This document shows, in pieces, positions 20,620 to 33,359 of a stretch of 64,000 bases of DNA. Origin of the DNA: Sedimentisphaerales bacterium (GTDB lineage: Bacteria > Planctomycetota > Phycisphaerae > Sedimentisphaerales > SM23-30). Position numbers and translations under genes: made by a program. The stretch lies in NCBI GenBank assembly GCA_963663965.2, contig CAXXFK010000031.1, positions 64,001 through 128,000 of the forward strand, read 5' to 3'. The number at the start of each line of letters is the position of its first letter. Positions within the stretch are counted from its first letter, which is position 1. The notes under the pieces are model-generated. The model searched no databases, had not been told where the DNA came from, and saw only the letters and a list, made by a program, of their open reading frames with translations.

Positions 20620-21225
20620 ATGAAACCGCATATTCATTCCAAATATATCTTTGGGGCGGCAACGTTTGTGTTGCTGGCGGGTCAGGTGTGTTGTTTGGCC
20701 AGCGGCGCTGATGAAACCGGCGGCGACTCCGATATTTTTGCCGGCGGGTTATTTACCGCCCTGTTCAATATCGTTCTATTTCTTGTAGTGCTGGCGGTAC
20801 TGGGGAAATGGGCGTGGCAGCCTTTGTTAAACAGTTTACAAAAACGTGAAGATTACATCAAACGTTCGCTGGAAGAGGCAGATCAGGCCAAAGAACAGGC
20901 GGAACGTTCCTTAAAATCGTACGAAAGCAAGCTCAAGCTGGCCAATGAGGAAACCCGCCGCATTCTGGAAAAAAGCAAACAGGACGCGCATCAGGCGGCT
21001 GAGGCAATTATTCAGGAAGCCAAGGCTTATGCTGATGAAATCCGGCGTCAAACCAAAGCCGACATCGACCATGCCCGTGAAATGGCTCTGAAAGAAGTAT
21101 ACCATCATGTTGCCACCCTGGCAACGGATCTGGCCGGCCAGATTATTCATAAAAAACTCGATCTCGAAGAGCAAAAGCAACTTATTCAGGCTTCTTTAGA
21201 TCTTTACGAAAAACGACGAAACTGA
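20620..21225 (+). CDS. atpF: ATP synthase Fo subunit b
   Basis: TM helix LGKWAWQPL followed by a coiled coil; operon position. Confidence 0.93.
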   Translation: MKPHIHSKYIFGAATFVLLAGQVCCLASGADETGGDSDIFAGGLFTALFNIVLFLVVLAVLGKWAWQPLLNSLQKREDYIKRSLEEADQAKEQAERSLKSYESKLKLANEETRRILEKSKQDAHQAAEAIIQEAKAYADEIRRQTKADIDHAREMALKEVYHHVATLATDLAGQIIHKKLDLEEQKQLIQASLDLYEKRRN

Positions 21226-21257
21226 ACGATCCATTCGATTGAACCGGAGAAATTTAA

Positions 21258-21845
21258 TTGCCTGCGTCGAACCAGACATCCATCACCATGACATACGCCA
21301 TCGCATTATTCGAACTTGCCGAAGAACGCCAAGCGCTGGATGCTGTGCTGGAAGATATTCAGGGATTGAAAAGTCTGGAAACGGATTATTCCGATTATCT
21401 ACGCTTTCTCGATTCACCTTCGATTAGCATCCATAACAAGGAAATCTCTCTAGAGCGCGTATTCTCTCAATTTGTTCATCCGATGACCCTGCAATTTTTA
21501 AAAGTGGTCTGTCGCAAGGGACGTATTGCCTCTTTGCCGGGCATTTTAAACGATTTTGAGACACTCAATCGTGGTAAACATGGCGTCATAATGGGCAAAT
21601 TAACTACGGCCATCGAATTGAGCGACGAGGAACTGAGACAAATAGCAGATCGTATCGGACAATATGCTGGCAAAATGGTTGAACTGGAGCATCGAATCGA
21701 TCCGGATCTGATCGGGGGTATGACCCTGGAAATCGAAGGGACTCGAATCGATGGTTCCGTCAAGAACCAACTCAAACGCTTCACCCATTATATCGTTAAT
21801 CAGATGCAGGGCCAGACCGATCTGGCCGAACGCTTTACCTTATAG
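21258..21845 (+). CDS. atpH: ATP synthase F1 subunit delta
   Basis: YAIALFELA and DPDLIGG...IDGSVK. Confidence 0.94.
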   Translation: MPASNQTSITMTYAIALFELAEERQALDAVLEDIQGLKSLETDYSDYLRFLDSPSISIHNKEISLERVFSQFVHPMTLQFLKVVCRKGRIASLPGILNDFETLNRGKHGVIMGKLTTAIELSDEELRQIADRIGQYAGKMVELEHRIDPDLIGGMTLEIEGTRIDGSVKNQLKRFTHYIVNQMQGQTDLAERFTL

Positions 21846-21865
21846 TAAATTCTGAGGCTTCTTTC

Positions 21866-23374
21866 ATGAAATTCAAGATAGATGAAATAGCCAGTGTGAT
21901 CAAACAGGAAATCGCCCAGTTTGAAGAACAACTGGATATTTCCGAGACTGGTCGCGTTCTGGAAGTAGGCGATGGTATCGCCCGGATTTACGGATTGAAA
22001 AATGCCATGGCCAGTGAGATGCTGCTTTTTGAAAATGGCATCTACGGACAGGTTTTCAACCTGGAAGAAGATTCCATCGGTGCTATTATTTTTGGGGATT
22101 ATCTGAAAATAAAAGAGGGCGACAGTGTGCGAACCACTGGCGAATTATTGGAAGTACCGGTAGGACCCGAACTTCTGGGCCGAGTAGTCAACCCCTTAGG
22201 CCAACCGATAGATGGTGGTCCTGCTATTAAGACACCCCGTACCCGTCCAGTAGAAATGATAGCCCCGGGGATTTCTGGTCGTCAACCAGTTACCCAGCCT
22301 TTACAAACCGGAATCAAAGCGATCGACGGAATGATTCCAATAGGCCGGGGGCAAAGAGAGTTGATTATTGGAGACCGTAAAACCGGTAAAACCGCGATTG
22401 CTATCGATACGATCATCAATCAGAAAAACTCAGGCGTCATTTGTGTCTATGTGGCCATAGGCCAGAAGGAATCGACGGTCGCCGGTGTAGTTGAAACATT
22501 GCGTAAACATGGCGCAATGGATTATACTATTGTCGTATCGGCCTCAGCGGCGAATTCCGCGCCTCTGCAATATATCGCACCCTATTCGGGCGTGACCATG
22601 GCAGAATATTTCATGTATGAAGAGCATAAAGACACCTTGTGTGTTTATGACGATTTGTCAAAACAGGCCCAGGCTTACCGTCAGGTCTCTTTGTTAATGC
22701 GTCGTCCACCCGGTCGCGAGGCGTATCCCGGTGATGTTTTTTATCTGCATAGCCGTCTGCTGGAACGAGCCGTCAAGCTTAACGATGATTTGGGCGGCGG
22801 TTCACTGACCGCCCTTCCCATTGTTGAAACGCTGGAGGGTGAAGTGTCCGCGTATATTCCGACGAATGTGATTTCGATTACCGACGGCCAGATCTATTTG
22901 CGTCCGGACCTGTTTTTTGCCGGGGTGCGGCCGGCAATTGATGTCGGTATCAGTGTGAGCCGGGTGGGTGGCAAAGCCCAGGTGAAAGCGTTGAAAAAAA
23001 TTGCTGGTATGTTACGATTGGACCTGGCATCGTTTCGTGAGTTGGAGGCATTTGCCCAACTGGGGACCGATCTCGATAAAGCCACTCAGGCCCAGATTAA
23101 TCGGGGTTATCGTATTGTCGAGTTGCTAAAACAGCCTCAGTATCAACCCATGGATGCCTTCGATCAGGTTATCAGTATTTTTGCCGGTGTCAATGGCTTG
23201 CTTGATGATGTAGCGGTCGAAGCAATTCGAAGATTCGAAACGGATATGCATGCCCACCTGAAGGAGAATCATGCTGACATACTCACCCGGATCCGGACAC
23301 AAGATGACATCGATGCCGAGACCAAGGATAAGCTGATCAAAGCCATTGTGGCATTCAAGAAAACCTTTAAATAA
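21866..23374 (+). CDS. atpA: ATP synthase F1 subunit alpha
   Basis: GDRKTGKT and [23 protein letters not shown]. Confidence 0.99.
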   Translation: MKFKIDEIASVIKQEIAQFEEQLDISETGRVLEVGDGIARIYGLKNAMASEMLLFENGIYGQVFNLEEDSIGAIIFGDYLKIKEGDSVRTTGELLEVPVGPELLGRVVNPLGQPIDGGPAIKTPRTRPVEMIAPGISGRQPVTQPLQTGIKAIDGMIPIGRGQRELIIGDRKTGKTAIAIDTIINQKNSGVICVYVAIGQKESTVAGVVETLRKHGAMDYTIVVSASAANSAPLQYIAPYSGVTMAEYFMYEEHKDTLCVYDDLSKQAQAYRQVSLLMRRPPGREAYPGDVFYLHSRLLERAVKLNDDLGGGSLTALPIVETLEGEVSAYIPTNVISITDGQIYLRPDLFFAGVRPAIDVGISVSRVGGKAQVKALKKIAGMLRLDLASFRELEAFAQLGTDLDKATQAQINRGYRIVELLKQPQYQPMDAFDQVISIFAGVNGLLDDVAVEAIRRFETDMHAHLKENHADILTRIRTQDDIDAETKDKLIKAIVAFKKTFK

Positions 23375-23375
23375 T

Positions 23376-24242
23376 ATGGCCAATACCCGAAAAATCGTTA
23401 AGCGACGGAAAACCGTCAATAATATCTGCAAGATCACCAAGACCATGGAGATGATTGCCACTTCACGGTTCAAGAAAGCCAGCAATCGGGCCAGTTCCAA
23501 TCGGTTATATACCGAACAATTGGAGCATCTCTATGGCATTTTGATACGTCATGCCAGTGAGATTGACCATCCATTGCTTCAGGAGAATTCGGACCTGTTA
23601 CCCACCATCGTCCTGGTAGTATCCAGCAACCGTGGCTTGTGCGGCGGTTATAATGGGAATCTGCTTAAAGAGGCCGCCCGCCAGATCAACTTATTGCGGT
23701 ACGAAAGCCATACGATTGATTTACATGTATCGGGTAAAAAAGGGATTAATTTTTTCAAATTTAAAAATGAACCCATCAACCGCGCTTATACCGAATATGA
23801 CTACCAGACCACCTGGCATGATATTAACAAAATTGCCAGTGATTATGTCGAACAATACCAGGCGGGTGAAATTCGCGGCGTGAAGGTCGTTTATACCCGT
23901 TTTGTGTCTTCCGCTCGATTTACCCCTGAGATAATTTCTCTGCTACCTGTTGTACCGGAAGAAATTGCCGGAAATACACCAACCGGTGATTATCTTTTTG
24001 CCCCCAATCCACAGGAAATCGCCGATGAGTTGATTCCGGCTTCAGTGAGCACCCGTCTCTTTCAATGTTTCGCTGATTCCATTGCCAGCGAGCAGGTCGC
24101 CCGCATGCGTTCCATGAAGGCGGCAACCGATAATGCCGGCCAGATGATACAGGATCTGACCGCGACCTACAACCGTTTGCGTCAGGGACAGATCACCGGA
24201 GAATTGCTGGATATCATCGGGGGCGTGGAAGCCATCAAATAA
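23376..24242 (+). CDS. atpG: ATP synthase F1 subunit gamma
   Basis: KITKTMEMIA, RGLCGGYN and YNRLRQGQITGELLDI. Confidence 0.97.
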   Translation: MANTRKIVKRRKTVNNICKITKTMEMIATSRFKKASNRASSNRLYTEQLEHLYGILIRHASEIDHPLLQENSDLLPTIVLVVSSNRGLCGGYNGNLLKEAARQINLLRYESHTIDLHVSGKKGINFFKFKNEPINRAYTEYDYQTTWHDINKIASDYVEQYQAGEIRGVKVVYTRFVSSARFTPEIISLLPVVPEEIAGNTPTGDYLFAPNPQEIADELIPASVSTRLFQCFADSIASEQVARMRSMKAATDNAGQMIQDLTATYNRLRQGQITGELLDIIGGVEAIK

Positions 24243-24246
24243 TTAA

Positions 24247-26120
<1,874 letters not shown>

Positions 26121-26125
26121 CGGGT

Positions 26126-26284
26126 TTATTCCAATATTTTAAACAGCCAGGAAATCAGCCAGGAAATGGCAATAAACACCATAAATAACATCAGCCAGAT
26201 CCACATATGGCATTTATCCGTTTTTTCGCCACTTTGACAGTTACTGTCGCATTTATTGTTATTGGGATTACATCCACAAGCCAT
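26126..26284 (-). CDS. Small Cys-rich membrane protein (52 aa)
   Basis: MACGCNPNNNKCDSNCQSGEKTDKCH followed by a TM helix. A GAGG RBS overlaps the oppF stop codon. Confidence 0.55.
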   Translation of the reverse strand: MACGCNPNNNKCDSNCQSGEKTDKCHMWIWLMLFMVFIAISWLISWLFKILE

Positions 26285-26291
26285 TATAGCC

Positions 26292-27269
26292 TCATTTCGT
26301 TTCCCAACAGGCTGCCAGATGATCCGCCTGGTCACCCTTGGGAGTCAGTTCAGGTTTTTTTATGGTACACCGTTCGGTTTTCATAAAACAGCGCGGATGG
26401 AACGGGCATCCGGCCGGCGTATTCACCGGACTGGGACTTTCGCCGGAAAGAACGATACGTTTTCTTTCCCGATCAGGGCAGGGTTGAGGAATCGCCGAAA
26501 GTAATGCCATCGTATAGGGATGTTTGGGGTCCCCATAAAGGTCTTTGGCGCGGGCATACTCAACGATGCGCCCAAGATACATGACCGCGACATAATCGCT
26601 GATATATTCCACAACGGCCAGATCGTGAGCGATAAACAGGTAGGTCAGGCCAAGTTGCTGTTGAAGTTCCTGCAAAAGATTTATAATCTGTGATTGAATA
26701 GAGACGTCCAGGGCGCTGACCGGTTCATCACAGACGATGAATCTGGGATTAAGGGCCAGAGCCCGGGCGATACCAATTCGCTGGCGCTGACCACCGGAAA
26801 ATTCATGAGGGTAACGCCCGGCATGTTGTGGCGACAAACCGACCTGATGCAGCAGTTCATTAATCCGTTCCCGGAGTTTACGCCCCCGGGCCATGCGATG
26901 CACCTGCATCGCTTCGCCAATGATCCTATCGACAGTCATCCGCGGATTTAATGATCCATAAGGATCCTGAAAAATCAGTTGCATTTCCCGCCGTAATTTT
27001 CGCATCGATCCGGTTGATTGACGGAAAACATTCCGATTATCAAAATACACAGCACCTTGAGTTGCCGGGATCAGACGCAGGATTGATTTGCCAACGGTTG
27101 TCTTACCGCAGCCCGTTTCGCCGACCAGGCCTAATGTCTGGCCGCGTTTAATCTGGAATGAAATATCATCGACCGCTTTCAGAAACGGTGTTTCCTTACC
27201 AGCCCGGTTCTTTCTCACGGGAAAGTACGTTTTCAGATGATCCACTTTCAGCAGGATATCATCACTCAT
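26292..27269 (-). CDS. oppF: Oligopeptide/dipeptide ABC transporter ATPase
   Basis: GETGCGKT, FSGGQRQRI, DEPVSALD and C-terminal GCPFHPRC. Confidence 0.9.
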   Translation of the reverse strand: MSDDILLKVDHLKTYFPVRKNRAGKETPFLKAVDDISFQIKRGQTLGLVGETGCGKTTVGKSILRLIPATQGAVYFDNRNVFRQSTGSMRKLRREMQLIFQDPYGSLNPRMTVDRIIGEAMQVHRMARGRKLRERINELLHQVGLSPQHAGRYPHEFSGGQRQRIGIARALALNPRFIVCDEPVSALDVSIQSQIINLLQELQQQLGLTYLFIAHDLAVVEYISDYVAVMYLGRIVEYARAKDLYGDPKHPYTMALLSAIPQPCPDRERKRIVLSGESPSPVNTPAGCPFHPRCFMKTERCTIKKPELTPKGDQADHLAACWETK

Positions 27270-28303
27270 ACCTCGGTATCTCCAGCCGTCGAGTCATGTG
27301 TTTGAAGATTATTCAGTATGACTTTCGCTTTCCAGCAGGCACACCAATGATCCGGTTCAATCTCAATCATGACCGGTTCCTGAGTTCGGCATTTTAAATC
27401 TTCGGGGGTATAAAACCGGCAACGGGGGTGAAATTTACATCCGGTTGGGAATTGGGCTGGATCGGGAACCACTCCCGGTATTACTTCCAGTCGTTCGCGA
27501 GTTTCACCCAGACGCGGCAACGAATTCAGCAATCCCATCGTATAAGGATGACGAGGTTGGGCAAAAATTTCTTTCACGCTGGTTTTTTCGATGATTTTAG
27601 ACGCATACATGATCGCGACATCATCCGCATTTTCTGCCACGACACCGAGATCGTGAGTGATCAGTAATACGCTCATATGATTTCGTCGCTGCAACTGGCG
27701 AATCAACTCAAGAATTTGCGCCTGGATTGTGACATCCAGCGCCGTTGTCGGTTCGTCAGCAATCAGTAATGTCGGATCACAACTCAAGGCCATGGCAATC
27801 ATAATGCGTTGTCTCATGCCGCCAGAAAGTTGATGGGGGAATTCATCGATACACCGTTGAGGATCGGGGATGCCCACTAGTCGCAACATATCGATCGCAT
27901 GATTTCGAAGTGTCTGGCCTTTTTTTCTTTGGTGCAGATGGACGGTTTCCATGATCTGCTCGCCCACTGTCAGAACCGGATTCAGGCTGGTCATGGGCTC
28001 TTGAAAGATCATTGCAATTTCATTACCGCGAATCGAGCGCATGCGTTTTTCGGTAAAACTAAGCAGGTTTTGACTTCGGAATAGTATTTCACCTTGAACG
28101 ATCCGGCCCGGCGGATCTGGGATCAGGCGCATAATCGATAATGCCGTTACGGTTTTACCACATCCGCTTTCCCCTACCACTGCCAGGGTACGTCCCTGAT
28201 ATATGTCATAACTGACTTCATTGACTGCGGTAATGGTGCACTGGTCGGTAGAAAAATCAACCGAAAGGTTTTTAATGGATAATAAAATATCGTTGTATGC
28301 CAT
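27266..28303 (-). CDS. oppD: Oligopeptide/dipeptide ABC transporter ATPase
   Basis: [18 protein letters not shown] and LSGGMRQR. Confidence 0.9.
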   Translation of the reverse strand: MAYNDILLSIKNLSVDFSTDQCTITAVNEVSYDIYQGRTLAVVGESGCGKTVTALSIMRLIPDPPGRIVQGEILFRSQNLLSFTEKRMRSIRGNEIAMIFQEPMTSLNPVLTVGEQIMETVHLHQRKKGQTLRNHAIDMLRLVGIPDPQRCIDEFPHQLSGGMRQRIMIAMALSCDPTLLIADEPTTALDVTIQAQILELIRQLQRRNHMSVLLITHDLGVVAENADDVAIMYASKIIEKTSVKEIFAQPRHPYTMGLLNSLPRLGETRERLEVIPGVVPDPAQFPTGCKFHPRCRFYTPEDLKCRTQEPVMIEIEPDHWCACWKAKVILNNLQTHDSTAGDTEV

Positions 28304-28353
28304 AGCGTATATTTATGGTGTCGTTATGTAACAATTGGAAAAGGGAATCATGG

Positions 28354-29382
28354 TCATAGTACTGTTTTAGGATCAAAAGCATCCCGCAATCCATCGCCAA
28401 TAAAATTCAGACATAACAGGGTTAATCCCAGCATGCCACAAGGGAATATTACCATCCACCAGAAACTTTCAACGGTATTGATGGCTTTGACCGCGTCAGA
28501 AGCCAGAGATCCCCATGACGGTATGGGGGCCTGTATCCCAATCCCAAGAAAACTTAAAAAGGATTCCTGAAGAATTGCCTGAGGGACAGTCAGGGTGGCA
28601 TAAACGATGATCGGGCCGGTCAGATTCGGCAAAAGATGCTTTAAAATAATTCGATAAGTTGGTAAGCCCATGGCTCGGGTCGCTTCAATGTAAGGCATTG
28701 ATTTGAGAGATAAAACCTGGCCACGAATGACTCTTGCCATAGTCAGCCAGCTGATGCTGCCTATGGCCATAAAAAGGAGCACTATACTGGCAATTTGATC
28801 GTATCCCGGTCCACAGCGCTGATTGAACCAATCGATTAACCTGGGTTCGAAGGCCATTTTAAGCAGAATGATTGTCAGAATGTAAGGAAGACCATATAAA
28901 ACATCGACAATACGCATCATGAGATTGTCAATACGACCACCATACCATCCTGCTATCGCCCCCCAGCAAGTACCTACGGTCATAGAAATAAAAGCGGCGG
29001 CGATTCCGATACTCAAACTGACCGCCCCCCCCATCAGGCAGCGCCAAAGTATATTACGGCCCAGTAAATCAAAACCAAACGGTGCAAAATTCCTGGCAAA
29101 CGTATTTAAAGAGCTAGATTCAACCAAACCGGTCTGAGAAACCATCGATGCCTTCTCTCCCAGCCATAACGAGGGTCCCTGTCTATTCATGTCCAGATTC
29201 TGTCTCTTATAATAATCCATTTTCCAGGCAACGGGAAGAGTTCCCAGACAGAGACACACGAGCAACACTAGGATCAGACCGCATACAAATGCTTTGCGAT
29301 TTCTGGCAAAGCGGCTCCATGCCAGTTTCCATTCAGAACGTCTGGCGCTTTGGGGTTTGATGATTAACGCAGATTGGGACAC
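28354..29382 (-). CDS. oppC: Oligopeptide ABC transporter permease
   Basis: FGFDLLGR, an EAA loop (YIEATRAMG) and ESFLSFLGIG. Confidence 0.9.
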   Translation of the reverse strand: MSQSALIIKPQSARRSEWKLAWSRFARNRKAFVCGLILVLLVCLCLGTLPVAWKMDYYKRQNLDMNRQGPSLWLGEKASMVSQTGLVESSSLNTFARNFAPFGFDLLGRNILWRCLMGGAVSLSIGIAAAFISMTVGTCWGAIAGWYGGRIDNLMMRIVDVLYGLPYILTIILLKMAFEPRLIDWFNQRCGPGYDQIASIVLLFMAIGSISWLTMARVIRGQVLSLKSMPYIEATRAMGLPTYRIILKHLLPNLTGPIIVYATLTVPQAILQESFLSFLGIGIQAPIPSWGSLASDAVKAINTVESFWWMVIFPCGMLGLTLLCLNFIGDGLRDAFDPKTVL

Positions 29383-29385
29383 GGT

Positions 29386-30342
29386 CTAAACTTTCCCTGT
29401 CTGGATCCTGGGATCCACAATAGCATATACAATATCAGTTATCAGATTGAACAGAATAATCAAAACCGAATAGACCAGCACAGTACCCAGAATCATCGCA
29501 CGATCTCGATTCAAAATACTGTTGACGAAGTGAGTGCCCATGCCGGGTATATTGAAAATCTTCTCAACTACAAACGATCCGGTAAAGGCCATCGCGCAAG
29601 CCGGCCCGAGATAACTGACTACTGGCAAGATGGCATTTTTCAAAGCATGTTTCCAGATAACCACACCTTCACTTAAACCTTTGGCCCGGGCCGTGCGTAT
29701 GAAATCACTGTTTAATACATCCAGCATGCCCAAACGGGTTAGACGAGAGATATAGGCCATAAATGGCAGTGATAATGTAATTGCGGGCAATATGATTTGA
29801 GACAGATGGCCCCATCCTCCCAATGGGAATATCGGGATACAGATCGAGAATAAAATCAATAAGGCAATGCCCGTTACAAAGGTTGGTAACGATATCCCAA
29901 GTAAGGCAAAAGATAATATCAGAAAATCCAGCCAGCTATCCCGGTGAACAGCAGATAATACTCCAATGGGAATGCCAATGATGGTTGCCAGTAACATGGC
30001 GGTTAATCCCAGTCCGACTGAAACCGGCAAAGCCTGGCCAATGATTTGATTACAGTTCCAGTCCGCATATTGCCAGGAGGGACCAAAATCGATCAGAGGC
30101 CCCAGGCCACGGATGGCTTTGACCGGCTGAAAGAGCCCCTTGAGGTAATCGAAGTAAAATGTCCAGTTATCATCAGCGCGATAGCGCGCTTTGATGGCAA
30201 TTTCACTGGCTTCGTCCAGCGCCCGTTCACCCATTTTGAAAGGGTTACCCGGAACTGAAACTACCATCACGAAGGTGAGGGTATAAATCGCCCATAAAAT
30301 GATGGGACATAACAATAATCGTCGGGCAACTTGATGCCACAT
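29386..30342 (-). CDS. oppB: Oligopeptide ABC transporter permease
   Basis: PGNPF, DFIRTARAKGL and VDPRI. Confidence 0.9.
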   Translation of the reverse strand: MWHQVARRLLLCPIILWAIYTLTFVMVVSVPGNPFKMGERALDEASEIAIKARYRADDNWTFYFDYLKGLFQPVKAIRGLGPLIDFGPSWQYADWNCNQIIGQALPVSVGLGLTAMLLATIIGIPIGVLSAVHRDSWLDFLILSFALLGISLPTFVTGIALLILFSICIPIFPLGGWGHLSQIILPAITLSLPFMAYISRLTRLGMLDVLNSDFIRTARAKGLSEGVVIWKHALKNAILPVVSYLGPACAMAFTGSFVVEKIFNIPGMGTHFVNSILNRDRAMILGTVLVYSVLIILFNLITDIVYAIVDPRIQTGKV

Positions 30343-30496
30343 ATCCTAATCAGCTCTGAATAATGGGATAAATCTCGTTGTGAGGCCGTAAGGTGATGTT
30401 TCACATCTAAACGCTAACTCACTATTTACTAACGAACTATAATTAATCTATTTGTAAATTACAGAAAAAACCAATCTAAAATTTTTTGTTGAAATA

Positions 30497-31045
30497 TTAA
30501 TACTCAATTCCTTTACGAGCATGAATTGACTTTTTGTATGGATGTTTAATTGCCGAAATTTCCGATACCAGATCAGCCAGAGCGGTTATCGATTCATCCG
30601 CCCCCCTGCCGGTTAATATGAGTTCTACATGGGGCGCTTTGTTTTTGATTACATTTTTTAATAAGTCTAATTTAAGCAAAGATTTAGACAGGCAAAAAAT
30701 AATTTCATCCAGTACGATCAAATCATACTCACCTTTTTGGGCCATTGTTTGGATTTTGTCCATTTTCTTTTCAATAGCCAGAGCCATAGCCGTGAACTGA
30801 TTGGAATCATCAAAAGAGCGGCTCATATTCCAGTCGATTTCGATGGCATCCCAAATGAGAGTATCATTGAATTTTTGTGCCAGGTTTTTTTCGCCGGTTT
30901 TCATACCGGCAGGTTTAAGGAACTGACATACATATACCATGCCGCCCCAACCCAGCATTCTCCATACTGCCCCCAAGGCAGCTGTTGTTTTACCTTTGCC
31001 ATCACCCGTATAGACCTGAACCAGACCATGTTGTAATACCGGCAT
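30497..31045 (-). CDS. cobO: Cob(I)yrinic acid a,c-diamide adenosyltransferase (CobA/CobO/BtuR)
   Basis: YTGDGKGKTTAALG, QFLK, VLDE, TGR, KHPY and GIEY. Confidence 0.93.
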   Translation of the reverse strand: MPVLQHGLVQVYTGDGKGKTTAALGAVWRMLGWGGMVYVCQFLKPAGMKTGEKNLAQKFNDTLIWDAIEIDWNMSRSFDDSNQFTAMALAIEKKMDKIQTMAQKGEYDLIVLDEIIFCLSKSLLKLDLLKNVIKNKAPHVELILTGRGADESITALADLVSEISAIKHPYKKSIHARKGIEY

Positions 31046-31063
31046 AATTGGGAAGAATCCTTT

Positions 31064-31699
31064 CTATTTTATTTTCCATTGCTCTAGGAGATGATTAAAC
31101 CCTTCGATATCCCCTTTCTCTGCCAGATCCAGTGCTTCTGATTTAACAAAACCTTTTAATATCTGGCTTCTCTTTTTTTGATCATCTGGATAAACCTGTT
31201 TGACATGGTGGCGTAATTCCTGAAGGCCATCCAGGATTCTGGTATAATGTCGTCCAAAATGAGGTTCCAACCGCTCTCGAATCCGACGAGCCAGGGCCGG
31301 ACTGATCCCACCAGTGGAAATGGCGATTTTCAAAGCACCTCTCTGTAAAATCGAAGGAACCTGAAATGTACATACCTCTGGCTTGTCTACGACGTTACAA
31401 AAAATCTTCAAATGACAGCAGTCCTGATAAATTGATTGGTTAATCTCCTGATCATCCGTTGAGGCAATAACCAGCCATGCATCACGAATATATTGTTCAT
31501 GATAACTGGATTGGATCCATTCAATTTTGCCTGAGTTTGCCAATTCCCTGATATCACCAATCATTTCTGGGCTTACCACTCGTACGATAGCGCCTGAGTT
31601 AATTAAGGTTTCAATTTTTCGTTTTCCAATTAAACCTGCGCCAATGACAACAACCAGTCGCTGATTCAGATCAAGAAAAACTGGATATAAGTGCTTCAT
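31064..31699 (-). CDS. sirC: Precorrin-2 dehydrogenase/sirohydrochlorin ferrochelatase (SirC / CysG N-terminal type)
   Basis: YPVFLDL, VIGAG.IG.RK, NVVD.P...F and ISTGG.SP.LAR. Confidence 0.88.
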   Translation of the reverse strand: MKHLYPVFLDLNQRLVVVIGAGLIGKRKIETLINSGAIVRVVSPEMIGDIRELANSGKIEWIQSSYHEQYIRDAWLVIASTDDQEINQSIYQDCCHLKIFCNVVDKPEVCTFQVPSILQRGALKIAISTGGISPALARRIRERLEPHFGRHYTRILDGLQELRHHVKQVYPDDQKKRSQILKGFVKSEALDLAEKGDIEGFNHLLEQWKIK

Positions 31700-31890
31700 G
31701 TTAAACTACCTTTTTCTGCTTGAATAAGGAATAACAACCAATTATAGTTGGAATAATCAGTTGCGTCCAATTTTTTACCAGATACTGAATGATTATAAAT
31801 GTTTGTACATTCTAACAGCGACTTAAAGCAAATAATCAAAATACGTTTAAGAATTCAATCAATAAACGTGGCTGGAAGTGAGGTTATGGC

Positions 31891-32520
31891 ATGAGTGTAA
31901 CGATAACCTGGATTGGACATGCCAGTTTTAAAATACAAGCGGCTCAATCGATAGTTTATATTGATCCATGGAAAATTGACCAGCGATTGACCGATGGCAA
32001 TATAGTGCTGATCAGCCATAGTCATTATGATCATTATAGTGCTGAAGATATTGAGCTAGTCTCAGGAAAAGACTGCCAACTTATTGCGCCACAGGATGTT
32101 ATCACAAAAAACCGTACTGGTACAGTTATTGAAGCCGGTCAGACAATTCAAACAGGCGAGGTAACCATTACTGCAGTACCGGCTTATAATGTCAGTAAAA
32201 ATTTTCATCCCAAAGAAAATAACTGGATTGGTTTTATCATCGAGCTGGACAATAAAAAAATATACTATGCTGGCGATACGGATGCTACAGATGAAATGAT
32301 CTCGTTGGATAATATTGATCTGGCCATGTTACCGGTGGGCGGTACCTACACATTGGATGCTCGTGAAGCAGCCCTGGCTGTTAATCAACTGAAACCCAAG
32401 ATTGCGGTACCTTATCACTGGGGTGACATTGTCGGAAAACGCCGCAATGCGGATGAATTTGCGGAGATGGCTGAATGTCAAACCGTGGTATTATTGCCTG
32501 GAGAAAGTATTCAGATATAA
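31891..32520 (+). CDS. MBL-fold metallo-hydrolase (UlaG/UPF0173-like)
   Basis: WIGHAS, SHSHYDH, YAGDT, LPVGG and PYHW. Confidence 0.9.
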   Translation: MSVTITWIGHASFKIQAAQSIVYIDPWKIDQRLTDGNIVLISHSHYDHYSAEDIELVSGKDCQLIAPQDVITKNRTGTVIEAGQTIQTGEVTITAVPAYNVSKNFHPKENNWIGFIIELDNKKIYYAGDTDATDEMISLDNIDLAMLPVGGTYTLDAREAALAVNQLKPKIAVPYHWGDIVGKRRNADEFAEMAECQTVVLLPGESIQI

Positions 32521-32527
32521 AACATAA

Positions 32528-32688
32528 GGGCACCTCTAAAAATTCATTCAGGGCTGCAAGCGGTCTGATTTTCCTCTGGACGGCGTCACAAAAAACCGTG
32601 AATATTGACGAATATGCCCGGTTCTTTGTTCCTTGCCAGAGAAAAATCATCCTCGCTTTCGCCTCTAAAGCAATTATTTGAGGTACCC
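32528..32688. mobile_element. 161-bp non-coding fold-back element (MITE-like)
   Basis: Terminal inverted repeats GGGCACCTCTAAAAATT / AATTATTTGAGGTACCC. Internal pairings are TGATTTTCCTCTGG/CCAGAGAAAAATCA and ACAAAAAACCG/CGGTTCTTTGT. The flanks are ATAA on both sides. Confidence 0.65.
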
Positions 32689-32842
32689 ATAAGACTTGAG
32701 ACAGATAGAACTTGAGGAAGCATTTGAAAAAAAAGCTGGATTTATAGCCGGCTGATATTAAAATATCCCTTCTTTACATGATAAAATATTGCGACTTGGA
32801 TAGTAATATGTCTTATAAATCATTATTTTAAAAGTAATTAAG

Positions 32843-33316
32843 TTGAAATTTATACTATTTGACAAAGTGACAGAAATTGAACCGGGCAAAAAAATCGCCA
32901 CGGTAAAAGCACTCTCTCTGGCCGAAGAGTATCTGGGAGATCATTTTCCCGATTTTCCTGTTTTGCCAGGCGTGATGATGATCGAAGCGCTTGTACAAAG
33001 CGCCGCCATGCTGGTAAGGGTGACAAACCATTTCAGGCACAGTATGGTTGTGATGAGTGAGTGTCGGAACGTAAAATATAAAAGCTTTGTCAAACCCGGT
33101 AATTTGCTCCGGATCCAGATTGACGCCAAGTCAATTGATGATCAAGAGAGTTCTTTTACCGGACAGGGCTGGGTGGATGATCGCTCAATGGTCGAAGCCC
33201 GCTTTAAGTTGAAACATTATAACCTTTGTGAACAGGAGCCATATCTGGCCGATGTCGACAACCGAATCATACAGGAAATGAAAAAGCGTGCCGCACTGGT
33301 AGGCGCATGCCGATAA
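32843..33316 (+). CDS. FabZ/FabA-like 3-hydroxyacyl-ACP dehydratase
   Basis: DHFPDFPVLPGVMMIEALVQ (His/Glu dyad); TTG start. Confidence 0.88.
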   Translation: MKFILFDKVTEIEPGKKIATVKALSLAEEYLGDHFPDFPVLPGVMMIEALVQSAAMLVRVTNHFRHSMVVMSECRNVKYKSFVKPGNLLRIQIDAKSIDDQESSFTGQGWVDDRSMVEARFKLKHYNLCEQEPYLADVDNRIIQEMKKRAALVGACR

Positions 33317-33359
33317 TACATATATAATTAAACGAATAGATCTGGAGGTTTACCCGATC

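Noticed and set aside
31700..31890. Cobalamin riboswitch upstream of sirC-cobO
   Set aside because: This is an AT-rich spacer without the B12-box or GGGAA/GCCACTG motifs.
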